Shown here piece after piece: positions 1 to 10,053 of a stretch of 64,000 bases of DNA. The translations under genes were made by a program, and so were the position numbers. How positions within the stretch are numbered: the stretch's first letter is position 1; each line of letters begins with the position of its first letter. This DNA comes from Myxococcota bacterium. GTDB taxonomy: Bacteria; Myxococcota_A; UBA796; SXON01. Under the pieces are notes generated by a model. The model searched no databases. It was not told the origin of the DNA and saw only the letters and a list, made by a program, of their open reading frames with translations. The DNA lies in the NCBI GenBank assembly GCA_040386535.1, contig JAZKFH010000005.1, positions 158,298 to 222,297 of the forward strand, in the 5' to 3' direction.

Positions 1-1286
<1,286 letters not shown>

Positions 1287-1506
1287 ATCGCCCGAAAGGG
1301 ATGTGGCGGCGATCGTAGTAATGGTGACTCCTGCCCGTGCAGCAGTATCACATTCACCCCGGCGCGCTGAATGGGTACCGTTGCGAGGTGTGGACTTCTG
1401 TTCAAAAGTGTGGCACCTTGCGCGCCATGTCCCCGCGGCACGGTCCCTCCCTGCATAGTCCCCTCTTCGGGGCACCGCCGCGCGCCGAATCGGACCAGGG
1501 AGTCGG

Positions 1507-2709
1507 GTGAGGAGCTACGCGATCCTGCTCGTCGAGGACAACGCCGACGACGTAAAGCAGACACTCCGGGCCTTCGCCCGAAACAATATCGCCAACCACG
1601 TGGTGGTCGCGCGCGACGGCGCCGAGGCGCTCGACTATCTCTTCGCCGAGGGCCGTTCGTCCGACCGCGACAGCTCCATACAGCCCGGCCTCGTCCTCCT
1701 CGATCTGAAGCTCCCCCGCGTGACCGGCCTCCAGGTCCTCGCGCGCATCCGCGCCGACGATCGCACCCGGCACCTCCCCGTCGTCATCCTCACCTCGTCT
1801 TCCGAGGCGCAGGATGTCGCGGCCGGGTACGCCGCGGGCGCGAACAACTACCTCCGCAAGCCGGTCCACTTCGCCTCGTTCCTCCAGGCCGCGCGCTCGG
1901 TCGGGCTGTTCTGGACCCTGGTGGAGAGCGGCCTCGCCCTCTTGCACCAGGAGGCGCCGGACGCCACGCTCGGCGCGCAACCCGCGGAGCCCGATCCGTC
2001 GCAATCGTCGCGCACGAACGAGGTTCTTCAACCGCGCCCGTTGCAGGTCCTCGTCGGAAAGTCCGATGTCGACGCGTGCGCGCGCCTCGCGGAAGTCCTC
2101 GAGGGGGACGGGCACGTCGTCCACCGGGCGCACGGGGCGCGTGGCGTCTTCGGCCGGCTCCTCACGGCGCTGCCCGACGCGCTCGTCGTCGACGCGGATC
2201 TGCCCGAGATCGGCGGGGCCGACGTGGTGCGTGTCCTGCGCGACACGCCCCATGGCCGCGGCGTCACCTCGGTGGTCCTCACCGCCGACCGCGCCGGCTC
2301 CCGGCCGCGGCTGGACCCCGCGGTCCACCTCCTCGACAAGACCCAGGACACGCACGCAGTCGTCGCCCTGATGCGCAGGATGCGGTTCGACGTCCTGCTG
2401 CGCGACCTGGCGGCGGAGCGCGAACAGCTGCAGCCGCCGGCCGCGCATGCCGAGACGACCCGGGGGGCCCACCGTCCCGTCTCGGGGAGAGCCCCTTCCC
2501 CGGCAGACCCGTGGGCACTGCTCGAGCTGCCCGCCGACGCATCCTCCGCGGTCGTCGCGCATGCCGTCCAGACCCTCACCAACGCGCTGGACGAGCTCGC
2601 GGCACAAGCCACCAGCGCACGGGTGCGCACCTACGCCTCCGCCCTGGCAGCCCGGCTTCGCCAGGCAGCCCGGGAGCTCGTCGAGCCGGTCCCTCCCACG
2701 CGTCGGTGA
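1507..2709 (+). CDS. Response regulator: REC + second degenerate REC + C-terminal J-domain-like segment
   Basis: REC1 motifs ILLVEDN, LLDLKLP, ILTSS, YLRKP; REC2 LVVDADLP; C-terminus [13 protein letters not shown]... GTG start. Confidence 0.8.
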   Translation: MRSYAILLVEDNADDVKQTLRAFARNNIANHVVVARDGAEALDYLFAEGRSSDRDSSIQPGLVLLDLKLPRVTGLQVLARIRADDRTRHLPVVILTSSSEAQDVAAGYAAGANNYLRKPVHFASFLQAARSVGLFWTLVESGLALLHQEAPDATLGAQPAEPDPSQSSRTNEVLQPRPLQVLVGKSDVDACARLAEVLEGDGHVVHRAHGARGVFGRLLTALPDALVVDADLPEIGGADVVRVLRDTPHGRGVTSVVLTADRAGSRPRLDPAVHLLDKTQDTHAVVALMRRMRFDVLLRDLAAEREQLQPPAAHAETTRGAHRPVSGRAPSPADPWALLELPADASSAVVAHAVQTLTNALDELAAQATSARVRTYASALAARLRQAARELVEPVPPTRR

Positions 2710-2737
2710 GCGTGTTAGAGTTTGGGAGGAGCCACAG

Positions 2738-3550
2738 ATGCCAACCTACCAGATCTCGAGCGACAGCATCCAGGTTTCGGTGGAGTCCGACAATTGGCTT
2801 TATGCCATCGCGAGCGCGCTCCCGCAGTTCGGCCTCGATCCCGGCGCGCTCGACCAGCTCGTGTGCTCGATGAACCCTGATGGGAGCGTCGACGTCACCG
2901 ATGTCGCCGGTGACCTGCGGATGCGCGTCGGCGCGGACAAGGCAGCCGCCGCAGCAACCACGTTGTCCATGCCGCGCGCCTCCATGGCGCCCCCCTTCGC
3001 CATCGATGACGCGGCCCTCGTTCCCCCTCCCCGCAGCTGGGGGTGGGATGTCGATGTCGCCACCAACCGCCTGACCGTGGCATTGGAGCGTAGCAGCGAG
3101 ATCCACACGGCCGAGGACCTGGTGACCGCGTGTAACATTGCGCTCGAAATCGTGTGCAGCCTGGTGTCCGCGGAGTCGGGTGCGGTGCTGTTGCACAAGA
3201 CCGGCTCCCCCAACCTGACCTTCGTGGCCGCCGTCGGTCCGAGCGCCCACAAGGTGCTCGACACGGAGCTCCACATGGCCGAGGGCATCGCCGGCTTCTC
3301 GATCATGTCCGGCATCGGGCTGGTGGTGCAGGACGTTGACAAGGACGGCCGGTTCGCCTCCGAGGTCGACAGGAGCTCGGGCTACCACACGCGCTCGCTG
3401 CTCGCGACGCCGGTCCGCGTGGTGGACGGTCCGACCTACGGCTGCCTGGAGCTTCTCAACGCACCCGACGGGTTCAAGCCGGGTGACCTCGAGATCGTCC
3501 GCGTGTTGGCGACCGCGCTCGGCGGGCGGCTGCGCGCCGCGGCGCTCTGA
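2738..3550 (+). CDS. GAF domain protein with an unknown N-terminal domain
   Basis: SD GGAGGA at 2725-2730 before ATG 2738. GAF motifs EGIAG, DVDKDGRF, VDRSSGYHTRSLLATP, GCLELLN. Paralog of 45156-45956. Confidence 0.85.
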   Translation: MPTYQISSDSIQVSVESDNWLYAIASALPQFGLDPGALDQLVCSMNPDGSVDVTDVAGDLRMRVGADKAAAAATTLSMPRASMAPPFAIDDAALVPPPRSWGWDVDVATNRLTVALERSSEIHTAEDLVTACNIALEIVCSLVSAESGAVLLHKTGSPNLTFVAAVGPSAHKVLDTELHMAEGIAGFSIMSGIGLVVQDVDKDGRFASEVDRSSGYHTRSLLATPVRVVDGPTYGCLELLNAPDGFKPGDLEIVRVLATALGGRLRAAAL

Positions 3551-3642
3551 TGTCATCGCGAATGGCATCGTGCACGGCATCGGAAAGCGACGCGAAAGCC
3601 CCCAAGCCCGTCAAGGGATAGTCCGCTAGAATGGGAGACCAC

Positions 3643-4920
3643 ATGGACGAGAGGCTGTACTTTCTCGGCGGGGGCCCGCTCAAGAGCGACCTGATCCTAC
3701 TCGTCGAGGACAATCCGGATGACGTCAAGCAGACGCTCCGTTCGTTCGCCAAGCACAAGATGGCCAACGAGGTGTTCGTCGCGAGAGACGGCGCCGATGC
3801 GCTGGACTATCTCTTCGCGAAGGGGGCCTGGGCCAACCGGGACGCGACCGTTCTCCCCGGCCTCATCCTCCTCGACCTGAAGCTCCCTCGTGTCACCGGG
3901 TTGCAGGTGCTCGCCCGGCTCCGCGCCGAGGAGAGCACGAAGCGCATCCCGGTCGTCGTGCTCACCTCCTCGTCCGAGGAGCCCGACATGATCCAAAGTT
4001 ACAGCCAGGGCGCGAACATCTTCGTCCGCAAGCCGGTCGACTTCTCCAACATCCTCACCGCCGCGCGGTCGCTCGGGCTGTACTGGACGTTGTTGAATTC
4101 CGGCCTCACGCTCATTCATCGTGAGCGCGTGTTTGCACGGTCGCCCGCGGCCTGCCCGGTCCCCGCCGAGGAGGCGGACGCGCTCGCCGAGCCGCCCCCC
4201 TCGGAGGCGCCCCCGGCCGAGCCGTTGTTCGCGGCGGTCCCCGCGGCTGCCGAGGCCGAGGCGGCGGGCGTGCACCGGGTGGCGGAGATCATCGTCGGCG
4301 TGGACGATGACAACCTGCGCCGCCTGATCACGATCACCCTCCGAGTGGACGGTCACCACGTCCGGAACGGCAAGAACGCGCGCGACGCCCTCCGCCTCCT
4401 GTCCTCGCAGCTGCCCGAGATCCTCATCCTCGACAACCAGCTCGCCGACATCAACGGCATCGAGATCGTGCGCGCGTTGCGGGAGACCCCCCAGGGCCAG
4501 ACCGTGACCCCCATCCTGCTTGCCGCCGACGCAGACGAGGCGACCGAGGACCTCCGCGATCCGGGCGTCCCCATCGTCGCCAAGCCGGTGGACGTGTTGT
4601 CGCTCGCCGACATGGTGCGGGAGATGTGCCCGCGGGGCTCGGCCACGCCCAGGCCGCCGGCGCGCGAGCCGTCGGCCTACGATCTGCTCGGCGTCGCGGA
4701 GGGCACCGGGCCCGATCTCATCGCCGAGGTGGCGGACTCCCTGAACCAACAGTTTGCCGAGCTCGAGCGGCAGGCCCGCACCGCGCGCGCGCGGGACCGC
4801 GTGGCCGCAGTGCGGGCGCGGATCTGGGGCGCACGGACCCACCTGCTCCACTCCGCGGCGGCCGCCGAGGACGACCAGCAGCCGGCTACCGGAACAAACC
4901 GTTCAGGAAGGCCAGCGTAG
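3643..4920 (+). CDS. Response regulator: REC + REC + J-domain-like segment (paralog of 1507-2709)
   Basis: ILLVEDNPDD, LLDLKLP, VLTSS, FVRKP; REC2 LILDNQL...VAKP; C-terminus SAYDLLGV. GGGAG precedes ATG 3643 (alternative start 3631). The 3' end overlaps the convergent gene by 35 bp. Confidence 0.8.
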   Translation: MDERLYFLGGGPLKSDLILLVEDNPDDVKQTLRSFAKHKMANEVFVARDGADALDYLFAKGAWANRDATVLPGLILLDLKLPRVTGLQVLARLRAEESTKRIPVVVLTSSSEEPDMIQSYSQGANIFVRKPVDFSNILTAARSLGLYWTLLNSGLTLIHRERVFARSPAACPVPAEEADALAEPPPSEAPPAEPLFAAVPAAAEAEAAGVHRVAEIIVGVDDDNLRRLITITLRVDGHHVRNGKNARDALRLLSSQLPEILILDNQLADINGIEIVRALRETPQGQTVTPILLAADADEATEDLRDPGVPIVAKPVDVLSLADMVREMCPRGSATPRPPAREPSAYDLLGVAEGTGPDLIAEVADSLNQQFAELERQARTARARDRVAAVRARIWGARTHLLHSAAAAEDDQQPATGTNRSGRPA

Positions 4921-7063
4921 CGGCGGCGTAGTCGTCGTACAGCCGGTGGTCGGCCGCCATGATCTCGATCTCGGCGCCCACCTGGATCTCCTGCGACGCG
5001 GTCAGGCCGAGCCCGCCGAGGTCGGACGCGGCCTCCTCCCCCGTCACGAGCCACTCGTCGTTGGCGTCGACATAGCCCGCCGTCCGCAACGAGTCGGCGA
5101 TGGTCGTGGAGAGCGCGGCGCTGATACCGGCCACGCGGGTGAACCGCTCGTCGTACAGCGGGGTCGGGGGGTGCACCCAGGCCTCCGCCGTCACCCCGCG
5201 CGCCTCGAGGCCCGCGGCGTAGGCCACGGCCTGGTCGTCGCCGTCCGGCCACGTGGAGTCGCGCGCGGCCATGAACCACGCGGTGGGGGCGGTCGTGGAC
5301 TCCACGAGGTAGCGCCGGCCCGGCGCGCAGTAAGCCACTACCGCGTCCGCCGGTAGCGCCACGCCGAGGCTGTGGGCGAACTCGGCGCCGCTGCCGACGC
5401 CCCAGGCGATGGTGGGGATGTCCCAATAGGCGAGCTCGTTCACCAGCTCGCGGGTGGCCGCCAGGTCGAGCGTCTCGTCGTCCGTGGCATCGCTCCAGCC
5501 CCCCGTGCCCGAGATGGCCGCGATGTCCGAGCTCATCGCCACGATGCCGTAGCCCGCGTCGTAGAGCCGCCGCGCGATGGACGACGGCGCGTTGTCGCGG
5601 ATCTCGGTGTTGTCGCCCAACGCCGAGTGGAAGAACAACACCAGCCCACGCGGATCGGCGGGGATCGCGGCCAGGACCGACCGGGGCGTACCTGCCAACG
5701 TGTAGGTGGTCTCCACCAGGGGCAGGTCCGCGGTCGCCAGCGACGGGGTGAGCGTCACGTCCGCGTCTGGCATCGTGAATGTGCTGGTCCACTCGGCGGG
5801 GTGGTCCAACGTCGCACCGGACCAACCGGTCACGAGTTCGGTCTGCGGATCGAGGTCGGCCCACACGTGAACGACCTCGCCGGCCAGGTGACTGCCGCTT
5901 CCAAATCCGTCGGTCACGGTGAGGATTCGCGCGACCGTTCCGGTGATCGTCTCGGTGTCCTCGGGCTCGTACGCCGGGATGTCCGCCTCGTAGGGGCCGC
6001 CGTACCTGCCGATGTCACTCCGCGACCCGTCCGCGTCGAACAACGCGGGATTGCCCGCGTTGATGGCGGGTGACCCGGAATCGAGCGAGAAGTCGCCGCC
6101 AGCGGCATCGCCGAACCGCGGGTCGGCGTACACGTTGCCGGTCCCGGTAACGCTGCTCTCGAACTCGCCGAGGTTGTCCCAGAACACCGAGTAACTGGCG
6201 TCCATGGCCCGGAGATCCGCGGCGTCACACGCCGCCACGATGTTGTTCCGGAACACGACCCCGTTCAGATCGACCGTACGCCCGCCATAAGGATCGGCGT
6301 CGTCGATGTTGTAGAACACGTTGTTGGTGATGGTCTGGATGCCCACCCCGTTGGACGAGAAGTCGAACGCGGTGACGGCCGTGCCGACGCCGATGTCCCT
6401 GAACGAGTTGTTCGCCATGAGCAGGTTGTCGAGGTCGGCCGTGGTCACCACCTGCTGGTGCTGCCCACCGATCACGGTGTTGTGGCGCACGTCGGCGTTG
6501 ATCCCCTCGATGAGGTACCACAGGTAGTCGGTGGTGTTGTTCTCCCACACCACGTCCTCCAGCACGAGGTAATTCTCGTCCATCAGCACGGTGAACGACC
6601 CGGTCGTGTCGGTCACGTGGCAGTCGATGACACTCAGATCGCCCTCGTGGACAGAGAACGCGGCGGCCTCCGGGTAGTACGGATCCTCGAGGGCCGTGCC
6701 GGTGACGTGGAAGCCGGAGAGGGTGAGCGTGCCGTTGTCCACGATCACCGCGGGACCGCCACCACCGTCGATCGAGGTGGCGTCGGGCCCGTCGGTCGAG
6801 GTGATCGAGACCTCGACGCTCCAGGGCACGTTGATCGCGGCGTAGGTCCCCGGGCACACGCTCACGGAGTCGCCCGGCGCCGACGCGTCGATGGCCGCCT
6901 GGATCGTGGTGTAGTCCGCCGAGCCGTCCTCACAGACCGCGATCGTGGCCCGCACCGGGGGCGCGTCGTCCGTGTCGGTGTCGGTGTCCGAGTCCTGGGA
7001 GGAGGTGTCGTCCTTCCCGTCTTCGGGAGGCTGGCAGGCGAGAAGCAGGGGGAGAAGGAGCAT
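4886..7063 (-). CDS. Lipoprotein, copy 1: short DT linker, pectin-lyase-like beta-helix, InlB-B-repeat-like domain, alpha/beta-hydrolase-fold domain
   Basis: MLLLPLLLAC lipobox; DYTTIQAAIDA...VCPGTY and TITNNVFYN...[11 protein letters not shown]...SDIG.YGG (beta-helix); LTVTDGFGSG...FTMPDADVTLTP; GLVLFFH...WGVGSGA...ADH. Alternative start 7075. Confidence 0.75.
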   Translation of the reverse strand: MLLLPLLLACQPPEDGKDDTSSQDSDTDTDTDDAPPVRATIAVCEDGSADYTTIQAAIDASAPGDSVSVCPGTYAAINVPWSVEVSITSTDGPDATSIDGGGGPAVIVDNGTLTLSGFHVTGTALEDPYYPEAAAFSVHEGDLSVIDCHVTDTTGSFTVLMDENYLVLEDVVWENNTTDYLWYLIEGINADVRHNTVIGGQHQQVVTTADLDNLLMANNSFRDIGVGTAVTAFDFSSNGVGIQTITNNVFYNIDDADPYGGRTVDLNGVVFRNNIVAACDAADLRAMDASYSVFWDNLGEFESSVTGTGNVYADPRFGDAAGGDFSLDSGSPAINAGNPALFDADGSRSDIGRYGGPYEADIPAYEPEDTETITGTVARILTVTDGFGSGSHLAGEVVHVWADLDPQTELVTGWSGATLDHPAEWTSTFTMPDADVTLTPSLATADLPLVETTYTLAGTPRSVLAAIPADPRGLVLFFHSALGDNTEIRDNAPSSIARRLYDAGYGIVAMSSDIAAISGTGGWSDATDDETLDLAATRELVNELAYWDIPTIAWGVGSGAEFAHSLGVALPADAVVAYCAPGRRYLVESTTAPTAWFMAARDSTWPDGDDQAVAYAAGLEARGVTAEAWVHPPTPLYDERFTRVAGISAALSTTIADSLRTAGYVDANDEWLVTGEEAASDLGGLGLTASQEIQVGAEIEIMAADHRLYDDYAAATLAFLNGLFR

Positions 7064-7239
7064 GGCTGGTGCCATGGCGCGCCGGAGGGACGACGACAAG
7101 CCCGGCCGACCGTTCACCACATCACGACGAGACCGCGCACGGTTCGCCGGGATTCACGACAATTGGGAACGCGGGCAAGGCCGCGGTTTGTTCTGCGCCG
7201 AGCTTATGTGACGGGTGCCACTCACAAGGAGGCTCTTCG

Positions 7240-7749
7240 ATGACGACCGCCCACAACAACCACCCTCGCTGGTGGGCCGACACTCATACCTCCGGCTGGG
7301 ACCGGGTGAAAGAGGCCCTGCACCGCGACTGGGAGCAGACCAAGTCTGACTTCTCGGGTGGCAAGCAGGGGAAGGATCTCCACCAGGACGTGGGTGACAC
7401 CCTCGGCCAGGCCTTCGGCAAGCAGCCGATCCCGCCGAACGATGCGCCCAACCCCCCGGACGCCGACGACATCAAGAAGGCCGCGCGCGCCCAGGAGAAG
7501 GTCGCCCTGAAGCTGGACGACGAGACCGAGCGCGGCGTGAAGCGCGACCTCGACGCGATGAAGTGGGAGGACGCGCAGCTCCCCCTCCGCTTCGGCCACG
7601 GTGCGAGCGCGCACTACCTCAACGAGTGGGACGAAGCGTTCGAGCCGCGGATCCGCCAGGACTGGGAAGAGACCTACCCGGACCAGAGCTGGGACTCCGC
7701 CCGCCCGCTCGCGCGTCAGGGCTGGGACCACGCCCGCACGAAGGTCTGA
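7240..7749 (+). CDS. Hypothetical Trp-rich soluble protein
   Basis: Strong SD AAGGAGG at 7226-7232, good codon usage, WDRVKEALHRDWEQTK; 4 bp from the next gene. Confidence 0.75.
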   Translation: MTTAHNNHPRWWADTHTSGWDRVKEALHRDWEQTKSDFSGGKQGKDLHQDVGDTLGQAFGKQPIPPNDAPNPPDADDIKKAARAQEKVALKLDDETERGVKRDLDAMKWEDAQLPLRFGHGASAHYLNEWDEAFEPRIRQDWEETYPDQSWDSARPLARQGWDHARTKV

Positions 7750-7753
7750 AGAA

Positions 7754-8302
7754 ATGGAACTCCTGGAGCGAATCCGCGAAGCCGTGAGCAGCGAGCTCCA
7801 TCCGAACGGGATCCTCATGGTGCTCGAGCGTGAGCACCGCGAGCACAGCGCGCTGATGGAGCTGGTCGCACGTTCCGCTCCGGGAGCGCGTGCGCGTACG
7901 GTCGCCTTCGAGAAGTTGGCGACCACGCTGCTCGCGCACCTCCATGGGGAGGACGCCGTGTTGTACCCCGCCCTCGACGCAATCGAGGCGACGCACGGCA
8001 TGGCGCTCGAGGCGCTCGAGGAGCACCACGTCATCGAGTTGCTCTTCGCCGAGCTGCGCGCAACGCACGTGCGCGGCGAGGAGTGGATGGCAAAGTTCCA
8101 CGTCCTCACCGAGAGCGTGGAGCACCACGTCAAGGAGGAGGAAGAGAAGTTCTTCCCCAAGTCACGAACGGTGCTGAGCGTCGAGCAACAGGTGGAGATG
8201 GCGGCCGCCTTCGAGGCGGCGCGTGATCGCTACCTGGCCGAACAGAAGGGAGCCAAGCGCGCTCCTCCGAAAAAGAGGCGGGCGAAGAAGCCCGTCTCGT
8301 AG
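7754..8302 (+). CDS. Hemerythrin/HHE cation-binding domain protein
   Basis: EH...AHLHGEDAVLYP...EEHH...EHHVKEEEEKFFP pattern. Confidence 0.8.
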   Translation: MELLERIREAVSSELHPNGILMVLEREHREHSALMELVARSAPGARARTVAFEKLATTLLAHLHGEDAVLYPALDAIEATHGMALEALEEHHVIELLFAELRATHVRGEEWMAKFHVLTESVEHHVKEEEEKFFPKSRTVLSVEQQVEMAAAFEAARDRYLAEQKGAKRAPPKKRRAKKPVS

Positions 8303-8323
8303 ACCTCACTTCACGGAGCCGCC

Positions 8324-8536
8324 ATGCGCCCCCTCCCCTCTCGATTCGTGACCCACGCGGTGTTGGCGGCGGCCCTGAGCCTGTCCCTCCTCGCCGGGTG
8401 CCCGCCCCGACCCACGAGCACGCCGCCCCCGGCGACGCCCGCCGAGCCCACGCCGCCCGACGGTCCCGTCGAACCTCCTCCCGAGGTGCCGATCCCCACG
8501 CCCGTACCCGGTCCGCCGGACACCCCTCCGCTTTAG
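8324..8536 (+). CDS. Small proline-rich lipoprotein
   Basis: GGAG before ATG, hydrophobic signal ending LLAGC, then only a P/T/E-rich tail. Confidence 0.55.
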   Translation: MRPLPSRFVTHAVLAAALSLSLLAGCPPRPTSTPPPATPAEPTPPDGPVEPPPEVPIPTPVPGPPDTPPL

Positions 8537-8575
8537 TAGACCGCGTGCCGCCAGCGGCATCACCCCGAGGGCACG

Positions 8576-9988
8576 ATGTCCGATCCCACGACCCACACGC
8601 TCGCGCCGACCAATCCGACCCGGGTGGGCAGCTGGCGTGTGGGCGCGATGCTGGCCTCCGGCGGGATGGGCGCCGTGTTCCTGGTCGAACACGACGTCAT
8701 CCCGGCGCGGCGCGGCGTGCTCAAGGTCATGCGCCCGGCCGCAGGCAACGCGCCCGCCGACCTCGAGGTCAGCAAGGAGCGCTTTCATCGTGAAGCCGAG
8801 GTGCTCTCGAAGCTCCGGCACCGCGGATGCCCGCGGCTCCTCGATTTTGGCTACGACGCCGATGGGATGCCGTTCATGGTGCAGGAGTACGTGGTCGGCG
8901 AGACCCTGCTCCAAACCTTGGGCCGGGTCGGCCGCCTCTCGCCCACGGAGGCGTGCCGCGTCATCGACGAGGTCGCCGACGTCCTCATGGCGGCCCGCCA
9001 GCTCGGCATCTCGCACCGGGACGTGAAGCCCGAGAACATCGTGCTCGCGGAGGACGGCGCGGTGCTGGTGGACTGGGGCATCGCCCTGGACCACGGCGCG
9101 AGCCGCCTCACCCAGACCGAATTCGGTCCCGGCACGCTCGCCTACATCGGTCCCGAAGAATTCGACGGCACGCCCGCCGACCCCTGGAAGCGCGAGGTGT
9201 ACGCGCTCGGGGTCGTGTTGGTCGAGTGCCTCTCGGGCGAGGCGGCCTTTTCGGAGGCCCCGGCCGCGCTCGTGGCCCGAAAGTTACAGATGCCCTACCT
9301 CGAGGCGCCCGCGGGCTGCAGCGCCGCCTTGGTGGAGGCCATCCACGCCGCGACCCGGAAGGATCCCGCCGAGCGGGTAGACCTGGACGGGCTGCGCAAG
9401 CTCGTGGCGGGCGCCCCGCCCTACGTGCCCCCGACCCTCGGGAACGAGCTCGTCTCCTGGCCCACCCTGGAGCCGCGCGGGCCCCCTCCCCTGCCCCCCG
9501 ACCTCGACACGGAGCCAAGTCCCCGGGCGCGTCGGTGGCGCACGCCCATCATGGTGGGGAGCGTCGTGGTCCTCGTGACCTTCTGGCTCGGCTTGTACTC
9601 CCTGGGCGGGCGTGACACCTCGACTCCGCTCAGCACCGACACGGAGCACGTCGCGCCCAGCGAAGCCAATCCGGCGGTCGCGCCAATTCCCGTGGAAGCA
9701 CCGCCCGCCGAGCCCACCCCACCCGTGCAAGTGGCATCCAGCCCCAAAGCCGCCACGCCGCCCGCGTGCACTGGCCGCGTGACACTCCCCGAGGGGAGCT
9801 GGCGCCTGCGGCCCCGTGGCAGCAAGGAGCTGGTCCGGCCGACCAAGGCGACCCCGTGCGGCACCTACAAGCTGATGGGGTGGGACTCGGCGACCGACGG
9901 CTGGAAGGCGAAGAAGAACCTGGTGGTGAAGGAGGACCGCGTCCTGACTTGCGACGCGGACCTTCGCTGCTCGCTCGACAAGCCTTAA
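8576..9988 (+). CDS. Hanks-type Ser/Thr protein kinase with TM helix and small extracytoplasmic domain
   Basis: GGMGAVF, VLKVM, HRDVKPENI, DWG (DFG variant), GTLAYIGPE; TM IMVGSVVVLVTFWLGLYSL. Confidence 0.9.
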   Translation: MSDPTTHTLAPTNPTRVGSWRVGAMLASGGMGAVFLVEHDVIPARRGVLKVMRPAAGNAPADLEVSKERFHREAEVLSKLRHRGCPRLLDFGYDADGMPFMVQEYVVGETLLQTLGRVGRLSPTEACRVIDEVADVLMAARQLGISHRDVKPENIVLAEDGAVLVDWGIALDHGASRLTQTEFGPGTLAYIGPEEFDGTPADPWKREVYALGVVLVECLSGEAAFSEAPAALVARKLQMPYLEAPAGCSAALVEAIHAATRKDPAERVDLDGLRKLVAGAPPYVPPTLGNELVSWPTLEPRGPPPLPPDLDTEPSPRARRWRTPIMVGSVVVLVTFWLGLYSLGGRDTSTPLSTDTEHVAPSEANPAVAPIPVEAPPAEPTPPVQVASSPKAATPPACTGRVTLPEGSWRLRPRGSKELVRPTKATPCGTYKLMGWDSATDGWKAKKNLVVKEDRVLTCDADLRCSLDKP

Positions 9989-10014
9989 GGCCCTAAGGGT
10001 CCCAAACCGAAAGA

Positions 10015-10034
10015 CCGGGGCCCCGCGGCCCCGG
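10015..10034. terminator. GC-rich hairpin between convergent genes
   Basis: CCGGGGCC-ccgc-GGCCCCGG inverted repeat; no clear U-tract. Confidence 0.35.
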
Positions 10035-10053
10035 CCCTACGCAGGCCCGCGGA

